Positions 22,788 through 32,566 are shown, numbered from the whole stretch's first letter. The stretch: 35,111 nt of DNA, filler included, from an uncultured virus (IMG/VR IMGVR_UViG_2061766007_001136) (3 parts of one record of this genome joined end to end with filler, not necessarily neighbours in it), one strand, 5' to 3'. The notes: a model not told the origin generated them from the sequence alone. Translations and numbers: made by a program.

Positions 22788-23448
22788 TGTTCTGATCCTT
22801 TAAAATGTCTTGATAGAGTTTATAAGTAGCACAGGCATCAGTAGCTGAATACTTTATCATGTTTTCATCGTACATTTCATCCAAGGTAAAATTATCCTTG
22901 GATATAGCCCATGCACCATAAGCATATGCCATTAAAGATTTTAATCTTACATCATTCTTAAACTGATTAGCATCATTAAGAATACATTTAGCTAGCAGCA
23001 TAGTATCTACATAATTCTTAGGCAGGCTACCTGTATTCCAAAGAATATGTTTAAAGTCAAATGTAGCATTATGCCATAGCTGTTTTTTATTTGTACTAAC
23101 TAAAAAGTTACAAACTAATTCTCTCATAGTATTATTAGAACAAATAATTACTTTAGCTTCATGATCAGACCAACCTATGCTTAAATGAGTTACAAGAGTA
23201 AGACTAGGATGCGATAAGCCATCAGCTTCTAACCATTGAAGTAGTTCACGTCTTTGTTCAAAATGCTTATCATCTTCTGGTATAAGATTAAGTTTTAGTT
23301 TTAATAAATCTTGCCATTCTTTCGATGAAAACCTGCTAGCTGTTTCAAAATCTGCAGCAAAGAGATCAGGCAGATCTCCTAGCCATTGGCTANNNNNNNN
23401 NNNNNNNNNNNNNNNNNNNNNNNNNNNNNNNNNCTTGCCTACGTCCAA
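22774..23448 (-). CDS. polA: Family A DNA polymerase, stand-alone 3'-5' exonuclease fragment (start uncertain)
   Basis: ExoI ADFETA, ExoII HNATFD, ExoIII YSATDA; stops shortly after ExoIII. Confidence 0.85.
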   Translation of the reverse strand: MDVGKXXXXXXXXXXXXXXSQWLGDLPDLFAADFETASRFSSKEWQDLLKLKLNLIPEDDKHFEQRRELLQWLEADGLSHPSLTLVTHLSIGWSDHEAKVIICSNNTMRELVCNFLVSTNKKQLWHNATFDFKHILWNTGSLPKNYVDTMLLAKCILNDANQFKNDVRLKSLMAYAYGAWAISKDNFTLDEMYDENMIKYSATDACATYKLYQDILKDQNNAIN

Positions 23449-23565
23449 AAGAAGCCCCCTAGAAGCCCTTCTGAGGGCTTTGAATCGATTTTACGATGAA
23501 TCTACCGTCAGACCCTTCAAATGCCTTAGAATGGCTCCTAGGGGCCTTATTTGGCGTATGGGTAT

Positions 23566-24069
23566 TTATGGATGGNNNNNNNNNNNNNNNNNNNNNTAGA
23601 AGCTTCCGAGAATGTTGTCATTGAGATATGTTTCATCTTCAAGAACCTGATGGAAGAATAAAGCTTCAGCTTCACGGTAAGTAAGTTGATACTTATTGTA
23701 AGCATAGTCCAGTATTTCACGAACTACAGGAACTCTAATCTTACACTGTTTAGAGCTTCCACAATAAGTTTTCCAATCAGACTCTATTTTAACTATATCG
23801 TATTTCTGTCTATAGCCTTTACCAGTATTTTTATAGATAATATCTACAGTATTTGGATGAGGCTTACCATCCATTCTAGCTTTAATAGTACGAGTACCAT
23901 AAATATTCTTTTTACCTATGTATTTCGTACCATCCACAAATTGGATACGGTAGATAAAACCATAAGCACCTTCAGGCATATCTTCAATGTTATTAATGAT
24001 TTTCACTGAAGGGTGCTTGGCATCTATGTTTTCTGATTCAGTCCAATCAGGCAATGACTTATTATTCAT
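23566..24069 (-). CDS. GIY-YIG nuclease, T4 endonuclease II-like
   Basis: YGFIY...KYIGKK, ESDWKTYCGSS, YLNDNI. Confidence 0.8.
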   Translation of the reverse strand: MNNKSLPDWTESENIDAKHPSVKIINNIEDMPEGAYGFIYRIQFVDGTKYIGKKNIYGTRTIKARMDGKPHPNTVDIIYKNTGKGYRQKYDIVKIESDWKTYCGSSKQCKIRVPVVREILDYAYNKYQLTYREAEALFFHQVLEDETYLNDNILGSFXXXXXXXXHP

Positions 24070-24445
24070 CTGTGACCCTCACACAGTTAGGAAGATAGTA
24101 GTTAATGCGAGTTTCTATGTTGGCATCAAAAGGATTATCATAGAAGTATCCTTGCAGTTCAATGTCTCCTAAATCTTCACCAATACGCATAAGATAATAG
24201 TCTTCATCTTCACGATTATTAAGAAAATCTTCTATGAAAGCTATTTCTGGATAATTATTATACCATTTCATATACGTCCAATGGATTAACTCATCACCAG
24301 ACTCATGCATAAAATGTCCATTAGAACAAGAAAATAAACTTTCAATGTTTTCTTTCTCTTCTTTAGGAAGAGTATTAAGCTTTTCTTTTAATGCTTCCTT
24401 AGCTTCTTTAGAAAGAACAAGCACTACTTCAGAACGGTATCCCAT
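24062..24445 (-). CDS. Hypothetical phage protein (MGYRSEV...)
   Basis: GGAGGTGG RBS; KWY and RIGED motifs. Confidence 0.7.
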   Translation of the reverse strand: MGYRSEVVLVLSKEAKEALKEKLNTLPKEEKENIESLFSCSNGHFMHESGDELIHWTYMKWYNNYPEIAFIEDFLNNREDEDYYLMRIGEDLGDIELQGYFYDNPFDANIETRINYYLPNCVRVTDE

Positions 24446-24507
24446 TAAAAACTCCACCTCCCTATTTGGTTAATCATTACTTCTAGATCATGCTCAGGCA
24501 AAGGCTT
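24445..24507 (-). pseudogene. Relic of the helicase-primase 3' end
   Basis: Translates KPLPEHDLEVMINQIGRWSF*, versus the primase end KSLPEKDLDAMIRQIDRWHFG*. Confidence 0.8.
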
Positions 24508-24995
24508 TAATATTTATATGAATAACCAAGAAGTAAATCTTTTATGGTTGATTGTGCTACATTAAACTTTTTAGCTAAGCCTGTCTGTCCCCATTCTGAA
24601 GATCCTCGAATGTAATGTTCTTTAATATACTTAACATCTTCATTAGAAAGTTTTCTTAATGGAGAAGGTTTACGAAGTGTAGAAAATTTATGCTTCCTAT
24701 TCTCTTCTCCTGTACACCATTCAAGATTATCTAAAGAATTATTAAGTATATTTTTATCCTTATGGTTAACTTCTGTTTGTCCTTCTTTTGGTTCAATCAT
24801 ATTAGTTATTAATACTAAACGATGCTTAAAAACGGTATGTTGTTTACGATTAATATCTCGTAAAGTATACCGTTCATAACCACTTAAATCTATAGTAGAC
24901 TTAAGTTTAATAGGTTCACCATTAATTTTCTTAAGTCTACTATAGACATTTCCTTCAGTATCAAACCAATAACGATTACCATAAAGTTCTAACAT
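24507..24995 (-). mobile_element. Free-standing HNH homing endonuclease with C-terminal HTH
   Basis: KHRLV...VNHKDKNILNNSLDNLEWCT..EN..H; GLAKKFNVAQSTI HTH; AGGAG RBS. Confidence 0.88.
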
Positions 24996-25032
24996 AACAT
25001 TTCTCCTAGTGGGTAAGTTTAATAACTTTCTA

Positions 25033-27681
25033 CTAGCCGAAATGCCATCTGTCAATCTGTCGGATCATTGCATCCAAATCTTTTTCTGGGAGACTTTTGA
25101 CCCAGTAGTCTGAGATATCTCTGACAAGCTTCTGAGCATACTCCTTGGTACATCCTAGCTCTTGAGCATACCTAGCTGCCCAGATGAGCCTTCTTCTCCC
25201 CTGTCCATCAGGAGCATCGAAGGCTCTCTGAAAAGTAGTGAAGGGATCATCGAGCATGGAAGAGCATTCCTTTCTGCTAGGCTCCTTCTTAGCTTTGCGA
25301 CTAATAGAATCGGATATTTTATCTAAATAGGGCTTTGTAGCTAATGGATTAGCATCAAGGGTCTTTAAGATAGTTCTTCCAGAATAGCTGAAGAAAATTT
25401 GAGATTTAGCTACATTGTCTATGATTAGACCTAAGTCTTCAGCAATGGTCCTAGTAAACATCTGCCATTGATTGTCAGGAATATCTATCTCTGCATCTAA
25501 TTCAAGAATTACTCTGAATTTATGAGGATTGTCCTTATTGCTAGTTCTAACAATGAAATGATTGATTTCTGTAAGCATAATATGTGCTTCAGTATCAGTT
25601 ATTTCACTGGTATCGATATCTAGAACTATCCACTTGCAGGGACTACAGATATTTTCCTTGCCTCTGACACCATTGAGAAATTTGAAAGGACTATACGCGT
25701 AGTCTCCTTCAAGCATTTCTTCCAAATCTGCAAATTCAAGCTCTTCACATTCATAGCCAGAAGCACATCTAGCACCTCTTTGCTGTTTAGTTCCTGATAC
25801 TGGAAGAAAACTAAGAAGTATCTTATCTGTTTTAACTATTTCAGTGAAATAGATAATATCCTTATCTAACCTATAAGTACCATTCTGATCATACGAATTA
25901 ACTAGCTTTACCAGTTCCTTCATATGAGTATCAGACTGTCCTTTAATAGGTATGAATCCTGCCTTTCTTAAGGCATGAAGATTCATGCTGTATGCACCTT
26001 TCAAAGCTGACTTGTGAACATAGTCTGCAAAGAGTTCATAAGGTTCTTTGACTAGTTCCTTTTCAAAGAAAAGAACATCATCATTAATTAGTTCTACAAA
26101 CTCAGTAGCTGCTCTATAGTGATCTAGCTCTATTTCATCATAGCCTTGTATCAAAGCTAAGGCACCAGACAGCTTTAAAGCTTTCCACTGAAGATGTGTA
26201 CGAGTAAGTTTAGTTATAGGAAACTNNNNNNNNNNCTTCCAGATACAGGAAGAAAGCTAAGAAGTATTTTATCTGTCTTAGCTATTTCAGTGAAATAGAT
26301 AACATCTTTATCTAGTCTATAAGTACCATTCTGATCATACGAGTTAACTAGCTTTACTAATTCTCTCATGTGAGTATCAGACTGTCCTTTAAGAGGTACA
26401 AATCCTGCTTTACGCAAAGCATGTAAACTCATGCTATATGTACCTTTAATAGCAGACTTATGAACATAATCAGTGAAAAGTTCATAAGGTTCTTTAACTA
26501 ATTCTTTTTCAAAGAAAAGAACATCATCATTTATTAATTCTACAAATTCTACTGCAGCTCTATAATGGTCTAATTCTATTTTATCATAGCCTTGTATTAA
26601 AGCTAAGGCACCAGACAACTTTAAAGCTTTCCACTGGAGATGAGTGCGTGTAAGTTTAGTTATAGGAAACTGATTATCGATTGTAGCAGAAACTGCTTCA
26701 TTGTATCTTTTATAAAGACCAAATAAATCTCTTACTTCTTCAGAAACTTTAATCGTAGTATTCTTTTTCTTTAAGAGGTCAGGAGTAAGCTCTTCTATAT
26801 ACTCAGATACTTCTTTACGGTTTTCTACTGCCCTATCTTCAATGACTCTCTCAGCTTTGAGCATTTCTTGAATAGAACCGTATTCAGAGGACATAATATC
26901 TTCGTACACAAACACAAAGAAACTTCGTCTAGCCAGCTTTGTAGTAAATTCTGTTTTGAATTTCTTCTTNNNNNNNNNNNNNNNNTTGAGAGCCAATAAA
27001 CAATGCAGATACTGGTAGATTTTTAATTTCTTTAGACTGAGTTTCTCTAGTCTTGATAATTTTGACTTCTTTAGAACCTTCGTCATATAGTTCAGAAATA
27101 AGTTTTATACATTCTGTAAGGTTAATATTGGTGGCCAGTTCAGCTCCAACTTCGCCAGAAAAAATATACCCAGCACCAAGTCCATCATCAGATAAATCAT
27201 TAAGATGCTGGATGAATCCTTCAGCAGTCGAAATAGCTGCGAATAAAGGATTAGGGCTAACATAGTAGTCCTTATATACAGCAAACTTGTCAGGTACGTC
27301 ACAACCTGCCTCCGTTGCCTTTTCTATAGCTCTATTTACAGCTATATCTTGACGAACATAGTTAAGACGATCATAGCCTACTTGAAAGCATTTTCTAGCA
27401 GCTCTAAGAGAACTGTCTTTAGAAGCACCAGATTTAGCTATGCAGAACATTATGCTGTTTATCGGGATGATACTCCCATTCCAGTGTTCGATATTAATCC
27501 TGAACTGGCTAACGAACAGCATTATTTCTGACATGGCTAAGGCAATCTTCATCCTTTGAGGAATAGTCTGTGATGGTATGCTGTCGGCTACAGCTTTCAC
27601 TATCTCAGGCATATTCCCTTCAAAGAGATTCAGCTTGTTAATCTCCTTCTCCAGCATGTCCATCATAGACATATCAATCAC
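25033..27681 (-). CDS. Helicase-primase: N-terminal DUF3987-like P-loop domain, C-terminal AEP-like primase with helical tail (contains an assembly duplication)
   Basis: Walker A IAKSGASKDS, TAEG, SELYD; then WIVLDID, RTS..NPHKFRVIL, GRRRLIWAARY. 26236-26665 repeats ~25797-26225 as a strain variant. Confidence 0.7.
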
Positions 27682-28131
27682 CTATATCCTACATTAGTTA
27701 TCTTATTTCTAGCCCTACTAAGCGCAACGTAGTAGGTGTTTAAGTCTTCCTTGTCGCTTTTGTCGAGATATTTTTTCAATTCAAAGATGCTTTCTCCAAA
27801 TGGCAAATCCTCTTTAAGAACACGCAATCTTTCGATTACTTTGTTCACACACTGGTTTAAATCATTTTCTATGACTACACNNNNNNNNNNNNNNNNNNNN
27901 NNNNNNNNNNNNNNNNNNNNNNNNNNNNACCTTTACCTTATTATACAAATCATAGATATTAATCTTTTTATCTTTAAACTTAAGAAGAACTCTACATGTT
28001 GCATTAACAGCTTCATCATTTACAGCTACTTGAAGATAATCAAAGAAGCTAGTGAAACTGTCATTCATATCCTGATACCTTTTAAATTCTTTCTCTAGAA
28101 ATTTAAATTTCTTATTGAGTACAGGCTTGCC
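27678..28131 (-). CDS. SF1 (UvrD/RecD-like) helicase, C-terminal fragment
   Basis: Motif VI NTYYVALSRAR just before the stop at 27678; truncated by the contig linker. Confidence 0.7.
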
Positions 28132-28231
28132 NNNNNNNNNNNNNNNNNNNNNNNNNNNNNNNNNNNNNNNNNNNNTTAATTAATTAANNNNNNNNNNNNN
28201 NNNNNNNNNNNNNNNNNNNNNNNNNNNNNNN
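28132..28231. other. Artificial contig linker
   Basis: N44-TTAATTAATTAA-N44 (100 nt; stops in all six frames). Confidence 0.95.
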
Positions 28232-28267
28232 AATAAGACAGGAATACCTGATTCCATGTAATACTCC

Positions 28268-28516
28268 TTACTTCATATCAAGGTTTTTAATATTAAACTT
28301 AACAGCATAACGATAATGAAGAGTCATTAACTTTTCTGTATCAGGATTACCTTCATCATCTGACTGTATACCAATTACAATATTATGTTTAAACTTAGTA
28401 TGTGGATCATTATTATATTCTGCATAAACACCAATCTTCCAACCATCTTCTGTAAAATCTTTATACAGAACTAAATCACCAGCTTTAAGATTATTTTCCA
28501 TACCTGCAGTAAGCAT
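28268..28516 (-). CDS. Hypothetical protein (MLTAGMEN...)
   Basis: AAGGAG RBS before the ATG at 28516. Confidence 0.65.
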   Translation of the reverse strand: MLTAGMENNLKAGDLVLYKDFTEDGWKIGVYAEYNNDPHTKFKHNIVIGIQSDDEGNPDTEKLMTLHYRYAVKFNIKNLDMK

Positions 28517-28531
28517 ATTCACTCCTTTTTC

Positions 28532-28572
28532 AATAAAAAAGGGATTCACCCAGCTTAGCTGAATGAATCCCT
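28532..28572 (-). terminator. Intrinsic terminator downstream of thyX
   Basis: GGGATTCA/TGAATCCC stem with a U-tract on the minus strand. Confidence 0.7.
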
Positions 28573-28670
28573 GAAAACCGTTGGTACTGCTCAATTTTGC
28601 TCCAGGATGGCTTCTGAGGGCCTTCCAGAGCAGAGACGACTAATCTATCGCCTCACCCCTCGGATACGCC

Positions 28671-29366
28671 TTAGAAGGCATCCTCGCGCATTCTGAAGGG
28701 TCTTCCGCATGACCTCTTCTCGGGACATGGACCATAGGCGCATGGAGGTCTGCAGAGGTCGTATACTTCAGGAAGTCTCTGTTTGAGGGTTTCCTTCATC
28801 TTAGAGAATAGTTCTCTGATTTCCCATTGAGCTTTGCTGCAGAGACGTTTCCTAGATGCTTCTACGAAGCTTCTAGCATTCATAGTAACCATGATATTAG
28901 TCTTACAGGCATTAGGGAGAATGAACCTAGCATCTTCTTTTTTAAGTCCATAGATGTCTACGAACTTATCATACATTCTAGCTATTTGATCCATTAAATT
29001 AAAATAATCAATCATAGCTTCTTTGTTTTCTTCAAAGGAAGAAGGTACTATGTACCATTCTCTGTCCATAGTGCCTATTTTACAGTATCTTTGACTACAT
29101 TGGGCATAGCTAGCCAGACGATGCCTAACTAACTGATGACTACAAGCTCTAGATATGCCTTCTACATACCATGAAAGAGATATAGGTTCTAGAATACCTA
29201 AATGACCAGAATCTATAGCTGTATGCATACCTTTTACAGTATCGTGTTCTTTTTGAGAAATACGTTTATGTGCAAGATAGCATGTATCTATTTCATGATT
29301 AACGCAGACAGCAGCAGCTAATTCTGCAAGACCTATTGTAGGATTTGAGACTAAAGTAACTTCCAT
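28671..29366 (-). CDS. thyX: Flavin-dependent thymidylate synthase
   Basis: GHLGILE, ISRACSHQLVRHRLASYAQCSQRY, EDARFILP, AQWEIR. Confidence 0.95.
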   Translation of the reverse strand: MEVTLVSNPTIGLAELAAAVCVNHEIDTCYLAHKRISQKEHDTVKGMHTAIDSGHLGILEPISLSWYVEGISRACSHQLVRHRLASYAQCSQRYCKIGTMDREWYIVPSSFEENKEAMIDYFNLMDQIARMYDKFVDIYGLKKEDARFILPNACKTNIMVTMNARSFVEASRKRLCSKAQWEIRELFSKMKETLKQRLPEVYDLCRPPCAYGPCPEKRSCGRPFRMREDAF

Positions 29367-29960
29367 TACTAGTCATCGTCTCCTTCAGTATCTTCTTTAA
29401 GAGGCTTATCAGGAGTTACAACCATGATGGTAATTTTATCAACAGTAGTAGCTGTATTGTTATTTTTAAAAGTAACATTANNNNNNNNNNNNNNNNNNNN
29501 NNNGGCATCTGTTGAGCTAAAAGATGAAGAAGTTCCTGTTTAAATTCAGGAATGGTTAATTCGACAGTAGTTTTCATAATTGTCTCCTAGACATTAATAA
29601 TGACTTTGAAAGAGTGAAAAGGAACAGGTTCACTGTCCTCTGTGAGCTTTACGGTAATAGAAATATTTTCTTTACTGATATTAGATGAAGGAGCATTAGT
29701 CTTAANNNNNNNNNNNNNNNNNNNNNNNNNNNNNNNNNNNNNNNAATAGAAGATTCATTACGCATCTTCTTTCTCCTTTAAAAATAAATTTGAACCAAGC
29801 TTTGGAAGTATGCTCAGTTTTTAAAAAATTTGCAACTAGTCAAAGTCATCATCGTCATCATTATCAGTATAAGCTACACTACCAAAAAGTAATAATGTAA
29901 ATAATAAAATGATTAATGGTATTCCAACTACTACGAATAAACCTACTAAAAATATCTGTA

Positions 29961-30227
29961 TCATTGTATTGTTTCAGTAATACTTTCTGCTTTTTTCATA
30001 ATGTAATCATCAAAAGCTGCTATAGCTTTTTGAATAATTTCTGGCTCATGTGCTAAGCAATGATGAATGGCAAGAACTAAATGAACTTCATCTCCATATT
30101 TTTCAGGATCATCCATCATTATCTGTGGTCCAATGATTTCACAGCTTTCATCATTGAAAACCATTACAAGAACTGGATGGTCATACTCTTTAGCTATCTT
30201 TTCATCTATCTTAACCTGAATATTCAC
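29961..30227 (-). CDS. Hypothetical protein
   Basis: 88 aa, AAGGAG RBS, GTG start. Confidence 0.65.
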   Translation of the reverse strand: MNIQVKIDEKIAKEYDHPVLVMVFNDESCEIIGPQIMMDDPEKYGDEVHLVLAIHHCLAHEPEIIQKAIAAFDDYIMKKAESITETIQ

Positions 30228-30490
30228 TAGATACTCCTTTCATCAGTAACAATAAGCTGAGTAAATGGCTTAATAACTCCAGCTCTTTGTGTAAAATATT
30301 TACACATTTCCATTTCGTTTAAATGCTTAGCATGAAGAAGTCTACGCCAAGTATGCTGTTTAGCATATTTAAGATTACTTTCATAAAGCTCTTCAGCAGT
30401 TTTAAGAGCTTTCTGACTAAGATTATCATCAAAGCTAAGCTTAGTGACTTCTGCAACTAAACGACGAAGATTAATGCGATAAGCAGACAT
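30227..30490 (-). CDS. Hypothetical protein (MSAYRINL...)
   Basis: AAGGAG RBS just after the tRNA CCA. The longer predicted start overlaps the tRNA. Confidence 0.65.
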   Translation of the reverse strand: MSAYRINLRRLVAEVTKLSFDDNLSQKALKTAEELYESNLKYAKQHTWRRLLHAKHLNEMEMCKYFTQRAGVIKPFTQLIVTDERSI

Positions 30491-30552
30491 TAGAACTCCT
30501 TTGGTGCAGGAAGAGGGAATCGAACCCTCATGAGCAATGCTCGACAGATTTT

Positions 30553-31318
30553 CTTGCAGCACTAGCTTTCACTAGCCACATTCTGTGTTGCTGTTTGGAC
30601 TATCTCATCATCCGCTTGGGATGCGACGTGCATAGTCTCTGAACCTTCCTCATTTAACAGAGGCTCGGCTGCTGATTGCCTAATCTCAGACAGTTTTTTA
30701 ACTTTCGCATTCGTTGTTTCCAACCATGCTGTAGTCGTCTGAGCTATAAAGGTTTTCCAGCAATTCTCGTCGTTCAGATTATGTAATTGCTTACATATCG
30801 CTCCTTGCTTTGCCAAATAAGCATGTAACTGAGCATGTTTACTACGAGATAATACAATAAGATTTTCAAGATTATTATTTTTAGGGTCTAAATCTAAATG
30901 ATGCACAACTTCATTAGTATTTAGTTTTCTACCTAAAACTTGTATAGCTATATTTCTATGTCTAACAGTGCTTTGTTTATAATTTTCACTATCATATTCA
31001 TAATGATTAGTAGCATTACTAGACATATTTTTATTAGCTTGTGTAAAGCATGCTTTTGAACAATATAAGCTTGTTTTTTTCCAAGCATTATACTGTTTAC
31101 CACATATTATACAGGTTTTAGGATAAGTAGTACGATGTAACGTACCATTTTGAAGATCTTGTTTGTATTTTTCTCGTTTATGTTCTAAAAAGTGTTTATG
31201 ACAATATCGTCTACCTTTTAGACATTCTTCATTACATCCTTCAATTTGACATACTTTCATAAAAACCTCCTTCAGATAGGTTGACACTTATCTATCAGGA
31301 GATTTCACGAAAGTCAAG
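30553..31318 (-). mobile_element. Group I intron (766 nt) in the tRNA-Leu anticodon
   Basis: Exon ends in U, intron ends in G. Core elements P AATTGCTGGAAA, Q AATCAGCAG, R TTCAGAGACTA, S GAGATAGTCC; P3 CGACG/CGTCG. Confidence 0.92.
30562..31260 (-). CDS. Intron-encoded HNH endonuclease with N-terminal Zn-finger-like motifs
   Basis: CQIEGC..CHKH, CIICG..YCSKAC, HRNIA...VHHLDLDPKNNNLENL...H; AAGGAGG RBS. Confidence 0.88.
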   Translation of the reverse strand: MKVCQIEGCNEECLKGRRYCHKHFLEHKREKYKQDLQNGTLHRTTYPKTCIICGKQYNAWKKTSLYCSKACFTQANKNMSSNATNHYEYDSENYKQSTVRHRNIAIQVLGRKLNTNEVVHHLDLDPKNNNLENLIVLSRSKHAQLHAYLAKQGAICKQLHNLNDENCWKTFIAQTTTAWLETTNAKVKKLSEIRQSAAEPLLNEEGSETMHVASQADDEIVQTATQNVASES

Positions 31319-31354
31319 AAGTCTGTTGTGTCTACCTGTTCCACCATTCCTGCA

Positions 31355-31675
31355 TTATTTACCAAACCATTGGTAAAGTTCTTTAATAGTTATAATACGA
31401 ATTTTATTTAATCCGTATCTACAANNNNNNNNNNNNNNNNNNNNAGTTTTAAATCTTAATTCACGAAATAGAACTTTACCATCTTTATTAAAACACCATA
31501 CTTCAGCTATACCATTTATAAAGATAGGTATATCCCAATCTTCATCTAGTGGCATAGCTTTAATATGCTGTTTAACTAAATGTCTAAACCTACTATGCCA
31601 GAACTTTTTATCCCATCGTTCTGACTTAGAGCATGCTACTGGATGAACTGGATGTTTTTTATAACTTCTAGACAT
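31355..31675 (-). CDS. Hypothetical phage protein (MSRSYKK...)
   Basis: 106-aa ORF; TAATG coupling to the upstream gene. Confidence 0.65.
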   Translation of the reverse strand: MSRSYKKHPVHPVACSKSERWDKKFWHSRFRHLVKQHIKAMPLDEDWDIPIFINGIAEVWCFNKDGKVLFRELRFKTXXXXXXXCRYGLNKIRIITIKELYQWFGK

Positions 31676-32365
31676 TAGAATGGCATTTCTTTTGTCTCAC
31701 CAATCGGTTCATGCTTATCTTTCTTTTTCTTCTTAGAAAATTCAACGAAATCTATATTATTAGGATAAATAATAGTTTCGTTCTTAAACCATCTAGTACA
31801 CCTTTTAACAAACTTAGCTAGTTCTCCTTCGTACATCCACTTATATGGAATACGCAGAATATCGTTTGTAGGAAATTTTTCTGGTCTAGGAGTAACTCTA
31901 ATGTCGTATCTAGTAGGATACTCTCTAGCTCTTTTCTTAGCTAAATTCAGAGCAATATTTTTAGAAAATATGTCTTTATCANNNNNNNNNNNNNNNNNNN
32001 NNNNNNNNNNNNNNNTTAAAATTTTTTCTGCATACATACATCCACATTTCTTATGACAATTCTTTTTAAAATCAAATTTATTAATATACTGATAAATAGC
32101 TTGCTTTTCATATGGAAAGNNNNNNNNNNNNNNNNNNNNNNNNNNNNNNNNNNNNNNNNNNNNNNNNNNNNNNNNNNNNNNNNNNNNNNNNNNNNNNNNN
32201 NNNNNNNNNNNNNNNNNNNNNNNNNNNNNNNNNNNNNNNNNNNNNNNNNNNNNNNNNNNNNNNNNNNNNNNNNNNNNNNNNNNNNNNNNNNNNNNNNNNN
32301 NNNNNAAGAACTCTAGAAGAACCATGCTTAAATTTAACATATGCACGGTAGAAATATTGATTCAT
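31675..32365 (-). CDS. Hypothetical protein(s), gapped
   Basis: AAGGAG RBS before 32365; coding on both sides of the gaps; may be two genes. Confidence 0.45.
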
Positions 32366-32397
32366 TATTTTACTCCTTTATCTATTAGATAATAAAC

Positions 32398-32439
32398 AAA
32401 AAATAAAAGCTCTTACCCCTAAAAAGGGATAAGAGCTTT
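32398..32439 (-). terminator. Terminator-like hairpin
   Basis: AAAGCTCTTA/TAAGAGCTTT stem with a minus-strand U-tract. Confidence 0.6.
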
Positions 32440-32469
32440 CATATAAGGAGAAAACATTCATGCGAAATG

Positions 32470-32500
32470 TCTTTTATCCTCACCATTCGGATACTGTCAA
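32470..32500 (-). promoter_or_regulatory. Possible sigma70-type promoter
   Basis: Perfect TTGACA at 32500-32495, but only a weak -10 (GATAAA/TAAAAG). Confidence 0.3.
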
Positions 32501-32501
32501 G

Positions 32502-32552
32502 AAAAAAATAAAGGGGTATATGACATCTCTTTCGAGACATCATATACCCCTT
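32502..32552 (-). terminator. Intrinsic terminator of the RNAP gene
   Basis: 13-bp stem AAGGGGTATATGA/TCATATACCCCTT with a U-tract, about 15 nt after the stop. Confidence 0.8.
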
Positions 32553-32566
32553 AAATATGCTATAAA

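Larger units (their letters stand above)
30502..31353 (-). tRNA. tRNA-Leu(UAA) split by an intron; exons 31353-31319 and 30552-30502
   Basis: Joined exons give acceptor GCAGGAA/TTCCTGC, anticodon arm ACAGA-CTT|AAAA-TCTGT, long variable arm, GGTTCGATT, and ACCA. Confidence 0.93.

Noticed and set aside
25797..26665. Apparent internal repeat or second primase gene
   Set aside because: Junction is an N run and the copies are allelic variants.
28176..28187. TTAATTAATTAA palindrome (also 34059-34070)
   Set aside because: Centre of an exact 100-nt artificial linker. Gene order across these points is not biological evidence.
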